From Pseudomonadota bacterium (GTDB taxonomy: Bacteria; Pseudomonadota; Alphaproteobacteria; RF32; CAG-239), in the NCBI GenBank assembly GCA_030536665.1, contig JAUNPO010000001.1, positions 5,336 through 57,054 of the forward strand: a DNA stretch of 51,719 bases, read 5' to 3'. Of the stretch, positions 9,348-18,030 are shown piece after piece. A model generated the notes under the pieces. That model saw only the letters and a program-made list of their open reading frames with translations, had not been told where the DNA came from and did no database searches. Numbering within the stretch: position 1 is the stretch's first letter; each line of letters opens with the position of its first letter. Made by a program: the position numbers and the translations under genes.

Positions 9348-11201
9348 ATGAATAAAATACAGGAATTTGATGTTATTGTCGTTGGCGGCGGTCATGCCGG
9401 TTGTGAGGCTTGTGCCGCAGCCGCGCGCATGGGCGCCAAAACCGCACTGATTACTCATAAGATTTCTACCATAGGCGAAATGTCCTGCAATCCGGCTATT
9501 GGCGGTCTTGGCAAAGGCCACCTGGTTCGAGAAATTGACGCGCTGGACGGATTAATGGGGCGTGTTATTGATAAAGCCGGTATTCAGTTCCGCATGCTTA
9601 ATGCTTCCAAAGGACCTGCTGTCCGCGGTCCCAGAGCGCAGGCTGACCGTGATTTGTATAAAAAATTCATGCTTGAAGCTTTGCAGAAGCAGGAAAATTT
9701 GACAATTATCGAAGCTCCGGTCGAAGGGTTATATTTCACAGGTGATAAACTCAGCGGTGTTAAATTGGCCGATGAGAGTATCGTTAAATCAAAAGCCGTT
9801 ATTTTAACATCAGGCACTTTTTTGAATGGCGTTATGTTTACCGGCCATCAAGCAACGGTTGGCGGTCGTGTCGATGATGTTTCATGCGCCGGTATAACAC
9901 CGTATTTAAACGCTTGTGGTTTGAAAGTCGGTCGCTTAAAAACCGGAACCCCTGCCCGTCTAGATATAAAGACAATTAATTGGGATATGCTTCCCAAGCA
10001 GGATGGTGATGAAAATCCTGTTCCCTTTTCTTTTCTGACAAAAGAGATTTCTCAGCCGCAAATTCAATGTGCAATTACGCGCACCAACGAAAGAACTCAC
10101 CAAATTATTCGTGATAACTTTGAAAAATGCGCCCTCTTTTCTGGATTGATAAAAGGAATTGGCCCCCGCTATTGTCCCAGTATTGAAGATAAACTTGTCA
10201 AGTTTCCTGACCGTGACAGTCACCAGATTTTTTTGGAACCGGAAGGATACAAAACAAATGTTGTTTATCCCAACGGCATATCGACATCTCTGCCGGCGGA
10301 TGTGCAGGAGCAATTTATTCATACCATGGAAGGACTGGAAAATGTCAAAATTCTCCGTTATGCTTACGCGATTGAATATGACTTTGTCGATCCTCAGGAA
10401 TTAAATCGCAGATTGGAAGTCAAAAAAGTTCCGGGACTGTTTTTAGCCGGACAAATTAACGGAACAACCGGCTACGAAGAAGCTGCCGCTCAGGGAGTCA
10501 TCGCCGGTATTAATGCGGCCTTGAGTGCAAAAAATCCCGGAGAAGAGTTTACCGTTGACCGCAGCGAGGCCTATATCGGCGTTATGATTGACGACCTTAT
10601 AACAAAAGGCGTTGATGAACCATATCGTATGTTTACGTCCCGTTCTGAATATCGTTTGTTGCTGCGTGCCGATAATGCCGATTTGCGTTTGACGGAAAAG
10701 GGCTGGCAAGCTGGTTGTGTTAGTAAAGACAGATACACTGTATTTAAACAAAAACAGGAAAATATTAAGACTTGCCGGGAGTTATGCGAAACTTTGATAA
10801 CCAAAACGCCAGAACTTGAAAAATATGGTATTAAGGTTAAGCAGGATGGCACGCGCAGAACTGCATATAATATAATGTCTTATGATAATGTTTCACGTGA
10901 AACAATCAACGCCATTTGGCCGGAATTGATATCTATACCGGACGATACTTATGAACAGTTGGAAATTGAAGCCAGATATGCCGGATATATCAAACGTCAG
11001 GAAGCAGATATTGATGTTTTTAAAAAGGATGAAAAACTAAAAATACGCGAAGACATTGATTATTCACAGGTCGGTGGCTTATCGCGCGAAATGGTTCAAA
11101 AACTGACTAAAGTAAAACCGGCAACAATTGGCGAAGCCTCTCGTATTCCCGGTGTTACGCCGGCTGCGATTATGGCTGTTTTGGGGTATTTGAAAAAATA
11201 A
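9348..11201 (+). CDS. mnmG: tRNA uridine 5-carboxymethylaminomethyl modification enzyme MnmG
   Basis: FAD-binding motif [11 protein letters not shown]. The full-length 617 aa has a typical GidA sequence. Confidence 0.95.
   Translation: MNKIQEFDVIVVGGGHAGCEACAAAARMGAKTALITHKISTIGEMSCNPAIGGLGKGHLVREIDALDGLMGRVIDKAGIQFRMLNASKGPAVRGPRAQADRDLYKKFMLEALQKQENLTIIEAPVEGLYFTGDKLSGVKLADESIVKSKAVILTSGTFLNGVMFTGHQATVGGRVDDVSCAGITPYLNACGLKVGRLKTGTPARLDIKTINWDMLPKQDGDENPVPFSFLTKEISQPQIQCAITRTNERTHQIIRDNFEKCALFSGLIKGIGPRYCPSIEDKLVKFPDRDSHQIFLEPEGYKTNVVYPNGISTSLPADVQEQFIHTMEGLENVKILRYAYAIEYDFVDPQELNRRLEVKKVPGLFLAGQINGTTGYEEAAAQGVIAGINAALSAKNPGEEFTVDRSEAYIGVMIDDLITKGVDEPYRMFTSRSEYRLLLRADNADLRLTEKGWQAGCVSKDRYTVFKQKQENIKTCRELCETLITKTPELEKYGIKVKQDGTRRTAYNIMSYDNVSRETINAIWPELISIPDDTYEQLEIEARYAGYIKRQEADIDVFKKDEKLKIREDIDYSQVGGLSREMVQKLTKVKPATIGEASRIPGVTPAAIMAVLGYLKK
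9896..9910 (+). repeat. Polar motif copy 3: AACACCGTATTTAAA
   Basis: Inside mnmE's neighbour mnmG. It reads ACA CCG TAT TTA AAC (T P Y L N). Confidence 0.85.
10734..10748 (+). repeat. Polar motif copy 4: TACACTGTATTTAAA
   Basis: Inside mnmG. It reads ACT GTA TTT AAA (T V F K), a different frame from copy 3. Confidence 0.85.
10889..10904. promoter_or_regulatory. parS: parS centromere site TGTTTCACGTGAAACA (perfect palindrome) inside mnmG
   Basis: Exact 16-bp consensus ParB-binding palindrome. It encodes NVSRET. Confidence 0.85.
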
Positions 11202-11202
11202 T

Positions 11203-11217
11203 AACGCTGTATTTAAA
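11203..11217 (+). repeat. Polar motif copy 5: AACGCTGTATTTAAA
   Basis: It overlaps the second of the tandem TAA TAA stops of mnmG and ends 1 nt before the HD1 ATG. Confidence 0.85.
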
Positions 11218-11218
11218 C

Positions 11219-11845
11219 ATGAAAAAATATCCAAACATCAGAAATGCCGAAAAAATCTGGAAAGAAGGAATTGCGTACCGTCTGGCAAACTATCCCTTTC
11301 CTGAAAAGGATGAGTATATCTTTCACTCGCGTGGTGTCGGACGTTGCTGCCGCATTATTGCAGAACATACCCAAGACTTGAATCCCGAAAAAGCATATGT
11401 TCTCGGTTTGCTGCATGACTGCGGTAAACGGGTTAATGAGCGTTTATCAGGACGCTTCCACGTCCGGGAAGGCTATGATTTAATGGAAGCCATGGATTAT
11501 ACGGATGTTGCCAGAGTTTGCCTGACTCATAGTTTTTATTCTCCCGACTTTGATGAAAAGTTCTATCCGTCTTATCGTCCCGAATGGTTGGCATGGGCGA
11601 AAGATAAAATGCGCGGCATTACTTTTAACGATTATGATCGTCTTGTCCAGCTCTGCGATTTGTTCTTTGAAGGATTGGAAAAAGTTTGCTTGAAAAAACG
11701 TTTTGAAGGATTAATCAGACGCTATAATCTCCAATGGCCACTATTGCAAAGTTTGTATCAACATGCTCTGGATAATAAAAAGTTTTTTGATGAAAAATGC
11801 GGCTGCTGCATTTATGATTTGCTGGAAATAAAAAATGAAGATTAA
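11219..11845 (+). CDS. HD-domain phosphohydrolase (YqeK-like), paralog 1
   Basis: The H…HD metal motif is FHSRGV…LGLLHDCGK. It aligns along its whole length with the next gene. Confidence 0.7.
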   Translation: MKKYPNIRNAEKIWKEGIAYRLANYPFPEKDEYIFHSRGVGRCCRIIAEHTQDLNPEKAYVLGLLHDCGKRVNERLSGRFHVREGYDLMEAMDYTDVARVCLTHSFYSPDFDEKFYPSYRPEWLAWAKDKMRGITFNDYDRLVQLCDLFFEGLEKVCLKKRFEGLIRRYNLQWPLLQSLYQHALDNKKFFDEKCGCCIYDLLEIKNED

Positions 11846-11858
11846 CACTGTATTTAAA
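11844..11858 (+). repeat. Polar motif copy 6: AACACTGTATTTAAA
   Basis: It starts inside the HD1 TAA stop, 9 nt before the HD2 ATG. Confidence 0.9.
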
Positions 11859-11867
11859 GGATGAAAC

Positions 11868-12488
11868 ATGAGCTTTCCCTCCCGCCAAGAAGCTGAACGG
11901 CTTTTAGAAAAAGTAATTGAAATCAGAAATGCCACATTATATCCTTTTACGGATAAAATGGAGATAACTTTCCGCGCACATAGTCGGACTGTTGCTAAAA
12001 TAGCAGAAATACTGGCTAAAAAAACAGCGTATTTAAACATTGATAAAGCTTATGTCTGTGGGTTGTTGCATGATTGCGGTCGTATGCTGGATGAATGGAA
12101 TGAGCGCGTCTTTCATGGTCTGGTCGGATATCAGTATATGATGTCTTTGGGCTATGACGATGTCGCTAAAATTTGCCTGACACATAATTTTTATTCAGAA
12201 AATTTTCAAGATGAGGATTATCTGCAATTTGCCGAATTTATTCCTGAATGCCGCAGTATAATGAAAAACTTTTATTATGATGAATATGATAAGCTGATTG
12301 CCCTGTCCGATATGTTGAATGATATGGGAAAAACCTGCTCTTTGGAATATCGGCTGAACAGCATTTCTACACGTTATAAAACAGAGCCTGAGCAGTTAGA
12401 ACGTCTTAAAAAAGATTTGTATAATCTCAAATCTTTTTTTGATGAAAAATGCCATAATGACGTTTATAAAATTTTAGCGATTAAATGA
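11868..12488 (+). CDS. HD-domain phosphohydrolase (YqeK-like), paralog 2
   Basis: Motif RAHSRTVAKIAEILA…CGLLHDCGR. The C-terminus FFDEKC…Y.IL.IK is shared with paralog 1. Confidence 0.7.
   Translation: MSFPSRQEAERLLEKVIEIRNATLYPFTDKMEITFRAHSRTVAKIAEILAKKTAYLNIDKAYVCGLLHDCGRMLDEWNERVFHGLVGYQYMMSLGYDDVAKICLTHNFYSENFQDEDYLQFAEFIPECRSIMKNFYYDEYDKLIALSDMLNDMGKTCSLEYRLNSISTRYKTEPEQLERLKKDLYNLKSFFDEKCHNDVYKILAIK
12023..12037 (+). repeat. Polar motif copy 7: AACAGCGTATTTAAA
   Basis: Inside HD2. It reads T A Y L N. Confidence 0.8.
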
Positions 12489-12514
12489 TACAATCCTCCG
12501 CATAAGGAGGATTT

Positions 12515-13345
12515 ATGCAGCATTTTTCATATCATACTCATACCAATACTTTTGGTGTTTACGACGGTCATTATTCAATAGAAGAAATGATTAAAGCCGC
12601 CGAACAAGCCGGATACACCGAGCTTGGCATTTCTAATCATTTTATATATCACCCCAACATTTTTAAGGGATGTCAAGCCTCAGCAAACGATAAAATGTTT
12701 CATAGCGATTATGCCGAAGCGCTGGACATTTATAAAAGAACCATTGATGAAATCCGACGCATTGCAGCAAAAAGTAAGATTAAGGTCTATGCCGGTTTTG
12801 AAGTGGATTTTTTTCCGTCTTCTCAATGGCGGGATGTCTTTGAGAAAATGATTGCTGAAATCAAACCTGATTATCTAATAGGTTCAACCCATTACCTGCG
12901 AACCGCAGACGAAACTATGATGTGCAATATGTACTACCTATCGCAAACTGACATGACACATCAACAGGCGGAAGAATTACTGATAAATTACTGGCAAAAT
13001 ATAATTGAAGCCATAAAAAGCGGCTATTTTGCCTTTATAGCCCACCTTGATGTTTGTAAACTTTTTAATCTTGGCGTTGATCCGGTCTGGGATGAATGGA
13101 AGCGAAAGGTGATAAATGCTCTCAGTGAATATAATCATCCTTTCGAACTAAACACCAGCGGCTGGACGAAGGTTGGTGAGCAACATCCGCATCTCTGGAT
13201 GTTGGAAGAACTCGCCCAAAGACAAGTACCTGTTGTTATAAGTGATGACGCCCATAAGATTGAACATATTGCCCAACATTTTGAACAGGCAGAGAATCTG
13301 CTTAAAAGTATAAACTACACAAATCGCTGGAAACTGAATAAATAA
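12515..13345 (+). CDS. PHP-family phosphoesterase (HisJ/HisK histidinol-phosphatase-like), paralog 1
   Basis: N-terminal YHTHTNTFGVYDG and a later ISDDAHK. It is a tandem paralog of the next gene. Confidence 0.7.
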   Translation: MQHFSYHTHTNTFGVYDGHYSIEEMIKAAEQAGYTELGISNHFIYHPNIFKGCQASANDKMFHSDYAEALDIYKRTIDEIRRIAAKSKIKVYAGFEVDFFPSSQWRDVFEKMIAEIKPDYLIGSTHYLRTADETMMCNMYYLSQTDMTHQQAEELLINYWQNIIEAIKSGYFAFIAHLDVCKLFNLGVDPVWDEWKRKVINALSEYNHPFELNTSGWTKVGEQHPHLWMLEELAQRQVPVVISDDAHKIEHIAQHFEQAENLLKSINYTNRWKLNK

Positions 13346-14166
13346 TGCAAAATTATACCTATCATAGTCACACAAACAGTTTAGGAATTTTTGACGGTGC
13401 CGATTCTGCCGATAAAATGATAAGCCGCGCAGAAGAGCTTGGATTCTGTGAAATAGGTATCTCCAATCATCTTATTTGTCATCCGGGGCTTTGTGAAATT
13501 GATAAAATGCAGGCAATGTATTTTCGCGACTATCAACAGGCTGAGAATATTTATAAAAAGGCCGTTGATGATATACGCGAGGCTGCCGCAAAGCATAAAA
13601 TAAAAGTTTATGTCGGTTTTGAAGTTGATTATTTTAACGATAAAAATTGGCTGAATTTTTTTGAACAAATTAGAAAATCTCTGGATGTCGATTACTATAT
13701 CGGTGCCAGCCATTTTATCTATAACAATGATTTCTCTAAAATTCTTAAAATATCTTATCTTAAAAAACGTCCCGACCTTTTGGATGACGAAATCTTGTCT
13801 TCAGGTTTAACAAACCATTGGCGTAATCTTATTGCGGCAATAAAAAGCGGCTGGTTTACCTTTATGGCGCATATTGACCAGATAACGGCAAAAGGTTTCT
13901 GTACCGATACAACGTGGGATGAATTGAAGTGGCAGATTATCGAAGCCTTTGCATCATCCAAAACCGGCTGTGAACTGAGTACAAAAGGCCTGCGCCAAAC
14001 AAAAGACTTTTTTCCGGCAGCCTGGATAGTTAAAGAATTAAACAAACGTAATGTGCCTTTGATAATAAGTGATGATGCGCATTCCGCGTCACAGTTGGGA
14101 GAGAACTTTGATAAAGCAGAAACTTTCTTGACTGAAATTAATTATAAAAATCGTATAAAATTTTAA
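13345..14166 (+). CDS. PHP-family phosphoesterase (HisJ/HisK-like), paralog 2
   Basis: N-terminal YHSHTNSLGIFDG and a later ISDDAHS. Its start overlaps the stop of paralog 1 (TAATG). Confidence 0.7.
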   Translation: MQNYTYHSHTNSLGIFDGADSADKMISRAEELGFCEIGISNHLICHPGLCEIDKMQAMYFRDYQQAENIYKKAVDDIREAAAKHKIKVYVGFEVDYFNDKNWLNFFEQIRKSLDVDYYIGASHFIYNNDFSKILKISYLKKRPDLLDDEILSSGLTNHWRNLIAAIKSGWFTFMAHIDQITAKGFCTDTTWDELKWQIIEAFASSKTGCELSTKGLRQTKDFFPAAWIVKELNKRNVPLIISDDAHSASQLGENFDKAETFLTEINYKNRIKF

Positions 14167-14293
14167 TGTTTTGAGTCTAAAAACATTGTTTAACCTGTTG
14201 ATTTAAAATATTTTATTTGTTCTTGCTTTTTATGTGTTTATAACTCGATTAAATGTGTTTTAAATTCCTTTGAAAATTTATATAAATAATCTT

Positions 14294-14917
14294 ATGGAAA
14301 ATTTAATCGAAAAATATAATGTTTCACGTGAAACATTTTCAAAATTGAAAACTTATGAAGCCTCTCTGAAAGAGTGGCAGGAAAAGTTTAACCTGGTTAG
14401 CAAGGCTTCTCTGGATGATGCTTGGAATCGTCATTTTGTTGATTCCTTGCAGTTGCTTCCGCTCATTCCGGAAAAAGCTAAAGTGATGTATGATTTTGGC
14501 TCTGGAGCTGGCTTTCCGGGCTTAGTACTGGCAACGGTTTTAAAGGAAAAAACACCGTATTTAAAAATAAAACTGATTGAGAGTATTAAAAAGAAAACAC
14601 TGTATTTAAACGCGGTTGCTGAAATGCTTAAGCTGGACAATGTTGAAATCCTCAATGACCGTATTGAAAACATCAAAAAAGTTCCGGCTGATGTTATAAC
14701 ATCGCGTGCCATGTGCAACTTAAATGATTTGCTGCGTTATGCTTCCGGTTTTTGCAGCAAAAACACAAAATGCATTTTCCCCAAAGGAAAAAAATATGCG
14801 GAAGAAATTTCGGAAGCGCAAAAAAATTGGAACTTCAATTACAAACTGGTTCAAAGCGTATCCAGCGACGAAGGAATGATAATCGTGATAACAGACTTGT
14901 CAGGAAAAAGGAGATAA
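14294..14917 (+). CDS. rsmG: 16S rRNA (guanine527-N7)-methyltransferase RsmG
   Basis: N-terminal MENLIEKYNVSRET… and the SAM motif DFGSGAGFPGL. The ATG at 14294 gives a typical length; the ORF-track start at 14270 is a TTG. Confidence 0.9.
   Translation: MENLIEKYNVSRETFSKLKTYEASLKEWQEKFNLVSKASLDDAWNRHFVDSLQLLPLIPEKAKVMYDFGSGAGFPGLVLATVLKEKTPYLKIKLIESIKKKTLYLNAVAEMLKLDNVEILNDRIENIKKVPADVITSRAMCNLNDLLRYASGFCSKNTKCIFPKGKKYAEEISEAQKNWNFNYKLVQSVSSDEGMIIVITDLSGKRR
14320..14335. promoter_or_regulatory. parS: parS centromere site TGTTTCACGTGAAACA (perfect palindrome) inside rsmG
   Basis: Exact 16-bp consensus, again encoding NVSRET. Confidence 0.85.
14551..14565 (+). repeat. Polar motif copy 8: AACACCGTATTTAAA
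   Basis: Inside rsmG. It reads T P Y L K. Confidence 0.85.
14596..14610 (+). repeat. Polar motif copy 9: AACACTGTATTTAAA
   Basis: Inside rsmG, 45 nt after copy 8. It reads T L Y L N. Confidence 0.9.
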
Positions 14918-14920
14918 TTG

Positions 14921-15700
14921 ATGCCGAGAATAATAGCCATTGCCAATCGTAAAGGCGGGGTCGGAAAAACAACGACAACGGTTAACGTTGCCACAGCCAT
15001 GGCGGCCACGGGAAAAAAAGTTTTGGTTATTGATTTGGATCCGCAGGGAAATGCCACAACGTCAATGGGAATAAATAAAAAAGGGCGTATGGCTTCTTCC
15101 TATGAAGTTTTGCTTGGCGAAAGGACTTTGTCCGAAGCGGTTGTCTGGACCGAAATTCCTAATTTTTCTATCGTGCCGTCATCTGCCGATTTGGCCGGAG
15201 CTGAGGTTGAGCTGGTTGATATGCCAAACCGTGAATTTGCCTTGAAGAAGGCTATTGTCCAAAGCGCCGTCAATTACGACTATGTTCTGATTGATTGTCC
15301 GCCATCTTTGAGTCTGGTAACAATCAATGCTTTGGTGGCTGCTAATGCCGTCATTGTACCCCTGCAATGCGAATTTTTGGCTCTTGAGGGCATCACCGAT
15401 TTGATTCGCAACATTAATATCATTAAAAAGAAATTTAATCCGGGGTTGGAACTTCAGGGCGTTGTCCTGACAATGTATGACAAACGCAACAATCTCAGCC
15501 AAATGGTTGAAGACGACGTCAGAAACTTCTTCGGAAAAAAAGTTTATCAAACCGTTATTCCGAGAAATGTCCGAATTTCCGAAGCGCCTTCGCACGGCAA
15601 ACCTGTCTTGCTTTATGATTTTAAATGCTCCGGTTCTCAGGCCTACATCAGCTTGACCGGTGAAGTCTTGAAAAGAGAAAAGGAATTGATTGCATGTTAG
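14921..15700 (+). CDS. parA: Chromosome partitioning ATPase ParA
   Basis: Deviant Walker A motif NRKGGVGKTTT. The ATG at 14921 lies 7 nt after an AAGGAG Shine-Dalgarno sequence. Confidence 0.93.
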   Translation: MPRIIAIANRKGGVGKTTTTVNVATAMAATGKKVLVIDLDPQGNATTSMGINKKGRMASSYEVLLGERTLSEAVVWTEIPNFSIVPSSADLAGAEVELVDMPNREFALKKAIVQSAVNYDYVLIDCPPSLSLVTINALVAANAVIVPLQCEFLALEGITDLIRNINIIKKKFNPGLELQGVVLTMYDKRNNLSQMVEDDVRNFFGKKVYQTVIPRNVRISEAPSHGKPVLLYDFKCSGSQAYISLTGEVLKREKELIAC

Positions 15701-16713
15701 AAGATAAAATAAATGAATTGGATAAGCTCGCCGAAGGCGAAAATCACGCCAACGCCAAAAGAAAAAGCTTGGGCCGCGGTCTGGGAGCGCTTCTTGGTGA
15801 CGACGACTTGGATTTAAATGACTTCCCCGGCGAAGAAAAAAAGTCTTCTGACAAACCGGCTGATTTGGTAAATATCAATTTGATAAAGGCCAGCCCGTTT
15901 CAGCCGCGTACGGAGTTTGACGAAGAAGCGCTGCGTGCTTTGGCCGATTCGGTCAAGGAAAAAGGCGTCTTGCAGCCTTTGCTTGTCCGTAAAGTCGGCA
16001 ATGATTATGAATTGATTGCCGGAGAAAGGCGTCTGCGCGCTTCCAAATTGGCCGGTCTGTCTGAAGTTCCGGTTATTGTCCGGGAAATGACCGATCAGGA
16101 AGTTCTGGAAGTCGCTCTGGTTGAAAATCTGTTGCGTGAAAATCTGTCTGCAATAGAAGAAGCGGAAGGCTTGCAGCGTTTAATCGACGAATTTTCTCAC
16201 ACGCAGGAAGCCTTGTCCAAAATTATCGGCAAATCTCGCAGCCATATTGCTAATACGCTGCGTCTGCTGACCCTGCCGGAAAGCGTTCAAAATCTGGTTA
16301 AGGAAGGCAAATTGTCTGCCGGTCAGGCGCGCAACCTCGTCGGTTTGGAAAATGCGGAAGATTTGGCGCAGCTGATTATCAAAAAAGATTTGAATGTCCG
16401 CCAGGTTGAAGAACTGGTGAATAAGCTTAAGAACGCCAAACCGCAGAAAAAAGAACCGGAGGAAATCAGTCAGGATTTGGTTGATATCGAAAAATCCCTG
16501 AACAAATCCCTGGGGCTGCGAATTAAAATCAGCCAGGGAAAACAGGGAAGCGGAAAAGTTGTTTTGCAATATTCTTCTGTTGCCGAGCTGGATATGATAA
16601 TAGACTTGCTAGAACAAAAACGCCGCAATGCCCGTCCCATGATGGTGCCTGCGCCGTCAGCAGGTGGCGGAGAGAAGCCGCAGGAAAAATTTACGATGAA
16701 AGTAATTGATTAA
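15694..16713 (+). CDS. parB: Chromosome partitioning protein ParB
   Basis: ParB box LIAGERRLRASKLAG and an HTH region. The gene overlaps the parA stop. Confidence 0.93.
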   Translation: MLEDKINELDKLAEGENHANAKRKSLGRGLGALLGDDDLDLNDFPGEEKKSSDKPADLVNINLIKASPFQPRTEFDEEALRALADSVKEKGVLQPLLVRKVGNDYELIAGERRLRASKLAGLSEVPVIVREMTDQEVLEVALVENLLRENLSAIEEAEGLQRLIDEFSHTQEALSKIIGKSRSHIANTLRLLTLPESVQNLVKEGKLSAGQARNLVGLENAEDLAQLIIKKDLNVRQVEELVNKLKNAKPQKKEPEEISQDLVDIEKSLNKSLGLRIKISQGKQGSGKVVLQYSSVAELDMIIDLLEQKRRNARPMMVPAPSAGGGEKPQEKFTMKVID

Positions 16714-16718
16714 AAACT

Positions 16719-16745
16719 AAGCCGCTGTTAACAGCGGCTTTTTCC
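16719..16745 (+). terminator. Intrinsic terminator after parB
   Basis: The hairpin aagccgctg-ttaa-cagcggctt is followed by a T run. Confidence 0.75.
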
Positions 16746-16836
16746 GTCTTATTCTCTGCGGCGCGATAACAGATTGACCTCAGTCTTAAATTTTGCTAGA
16801 AATAATAATTATTATAACCAAAAAAGAGGTTTTCTG

Positions 16837-18027
16837 ATGAAGAAACATTTAGCCCAGCTTCTCTGCTGTTGGATTCCTTGCAAAAAAGCCCGCAAAAAAG
16901 CTATTGCTTCCCTGAAAGAATTTGACACTAAAAAAATCCGCCGTAACTTTATCAAATATGACCATTATTACCTTGATTTTTTGAAACATGATATTCCCGA
17001 AAAATCAGTGTTGATTGTTGAACCCAATAATTATCATGGCGAAATTATTCCCGGATTTGTAAAATATTGGCAGAATCTCGGCTATCATGTTGATGTAATC
17101 ATGAGAGTGGCCAACTATGAGGAAAATCCGTTCGCGCTGTTTGCGCAAGATGAAATGCCGCACATCTACCCGATGCAGAAATGGCGTATTTCCAAAGTGC
17201 TGAAAAGCAAAATGATGCGTGAATACGATTTTGTGTTTATATCGTCTTTTGACTATCAGGAAACCAAGGAACGTTATTATGACTACCTTGGTTTTGAGCC
17301 GCAAAGCCACTGGGGAAGTCTGTGCATATATCATAACTGCCAGAATATTGAGCCTTATGGTGAGATAAAAAAATATTTGGGCAAACGCCTTTTTGTCCTG
17401 AACGAATTTCCCTTGGCCGAGGGAAAAGCCAAACTGCTCTGTCCCATATATTTCGGAAATGTTGCGCCGCATGAAAAAAATCCCAAAACCCGTTTCGTTA
17501 TGATTGGGCGCTTATCGCCAAACACCAGAAACTGCGCTCAATTATTGGAGTCTATCGAAAAACTGCTTCAGGAAAACATTACTGATTTTGAGGTCTGTGT
17601 TATCGGCTCCGGCGGTATGGAAATTCCTGAACATTTGAAAAAACACATAAAGAAACTGGGGCGCTTGAATTTTCATGATATGTATCATCATTGCATGGAC
17701 AGCGACTTTCTTTTGGCTTTGCTTGACCCGGAAAGTCCGCAGCAGGAAAGCTACAAACACGGAACGACAACCGGTTCTAAACAGCTGTCGTTGGGATTGA
17801 ACAAACCCATGCTGCTTGAAAAAACATTTGCCGATGTTTATGGTTTTTCTGAAAAAGACACCGTTGTCTATCAAGGAAACAGCCTGTATGAGGCCATGAA
17901 GCAGGCTGTTGCCATGGATAAAAAAGCTTATGCCGAAAAATGCAAAGCCCTGCGGCAGCATGCGGAAGAAGTTGCCGCAAAATCGCAGAAAAACCTTACG
18001 GAAACAATCGCGTCAATAGAGGGATAA
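16837..18027 (+). CDS. Putative glycosyltransferase-like protein (family not recognised)
   Basis: The ATG at 16837 follows an AAGAGG Shine-Dalgarno sequence. The N-terminal basic motif is CCWIPCKKARKKA. The C-terminal half has a GT-B-like pattern. It lies next to GT8 and acetyltransferase genes. Confidence 0.4.
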   Translation: MKKHLAQLLCCWIPCKKARKKAIASLKEFDTKKIRRNFIKYDHYYLDFLKHDIPEKSVLIVEPNNYHGEIIPGFVKYWQNLGYHVDVIMRVANYEENPFALFAQDEMPHIYPMQKWRISKVLKSKMMREYDFVFISSFDYQETKERYYDYLGFEPQSHWGSLCIYHNCQNIEPYGEIKKYLGKRLFVLNEFPLAEGKAKLLCPIYFGNVAPHEKNPKTRFVMIGRLSPNTRNCAQLLESIEKLLQENITDFEVCVIGSGGMEIPEHLKKHIKKLGRLNFHDMYHHCMDSDFLLALLDPESPQQESYKHGTTTGSKQLSLGLNKPMLLEKTFADVYGFSEKDTVVYQGNSLYEAMKQAVAMDKKAYAEKCKALRQHAEEVAAKSQKNLTETIASIEG

Positions 18028-18030
18028 TAA

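Noticed and set aside
9294-9521. 75-aa minus-strand ORF overlapping the mnmG start.
   Set aside because: It overlaps the strongly supported mnmG N-terminus (the FAD motif), has no RBS and has an implausible composition.
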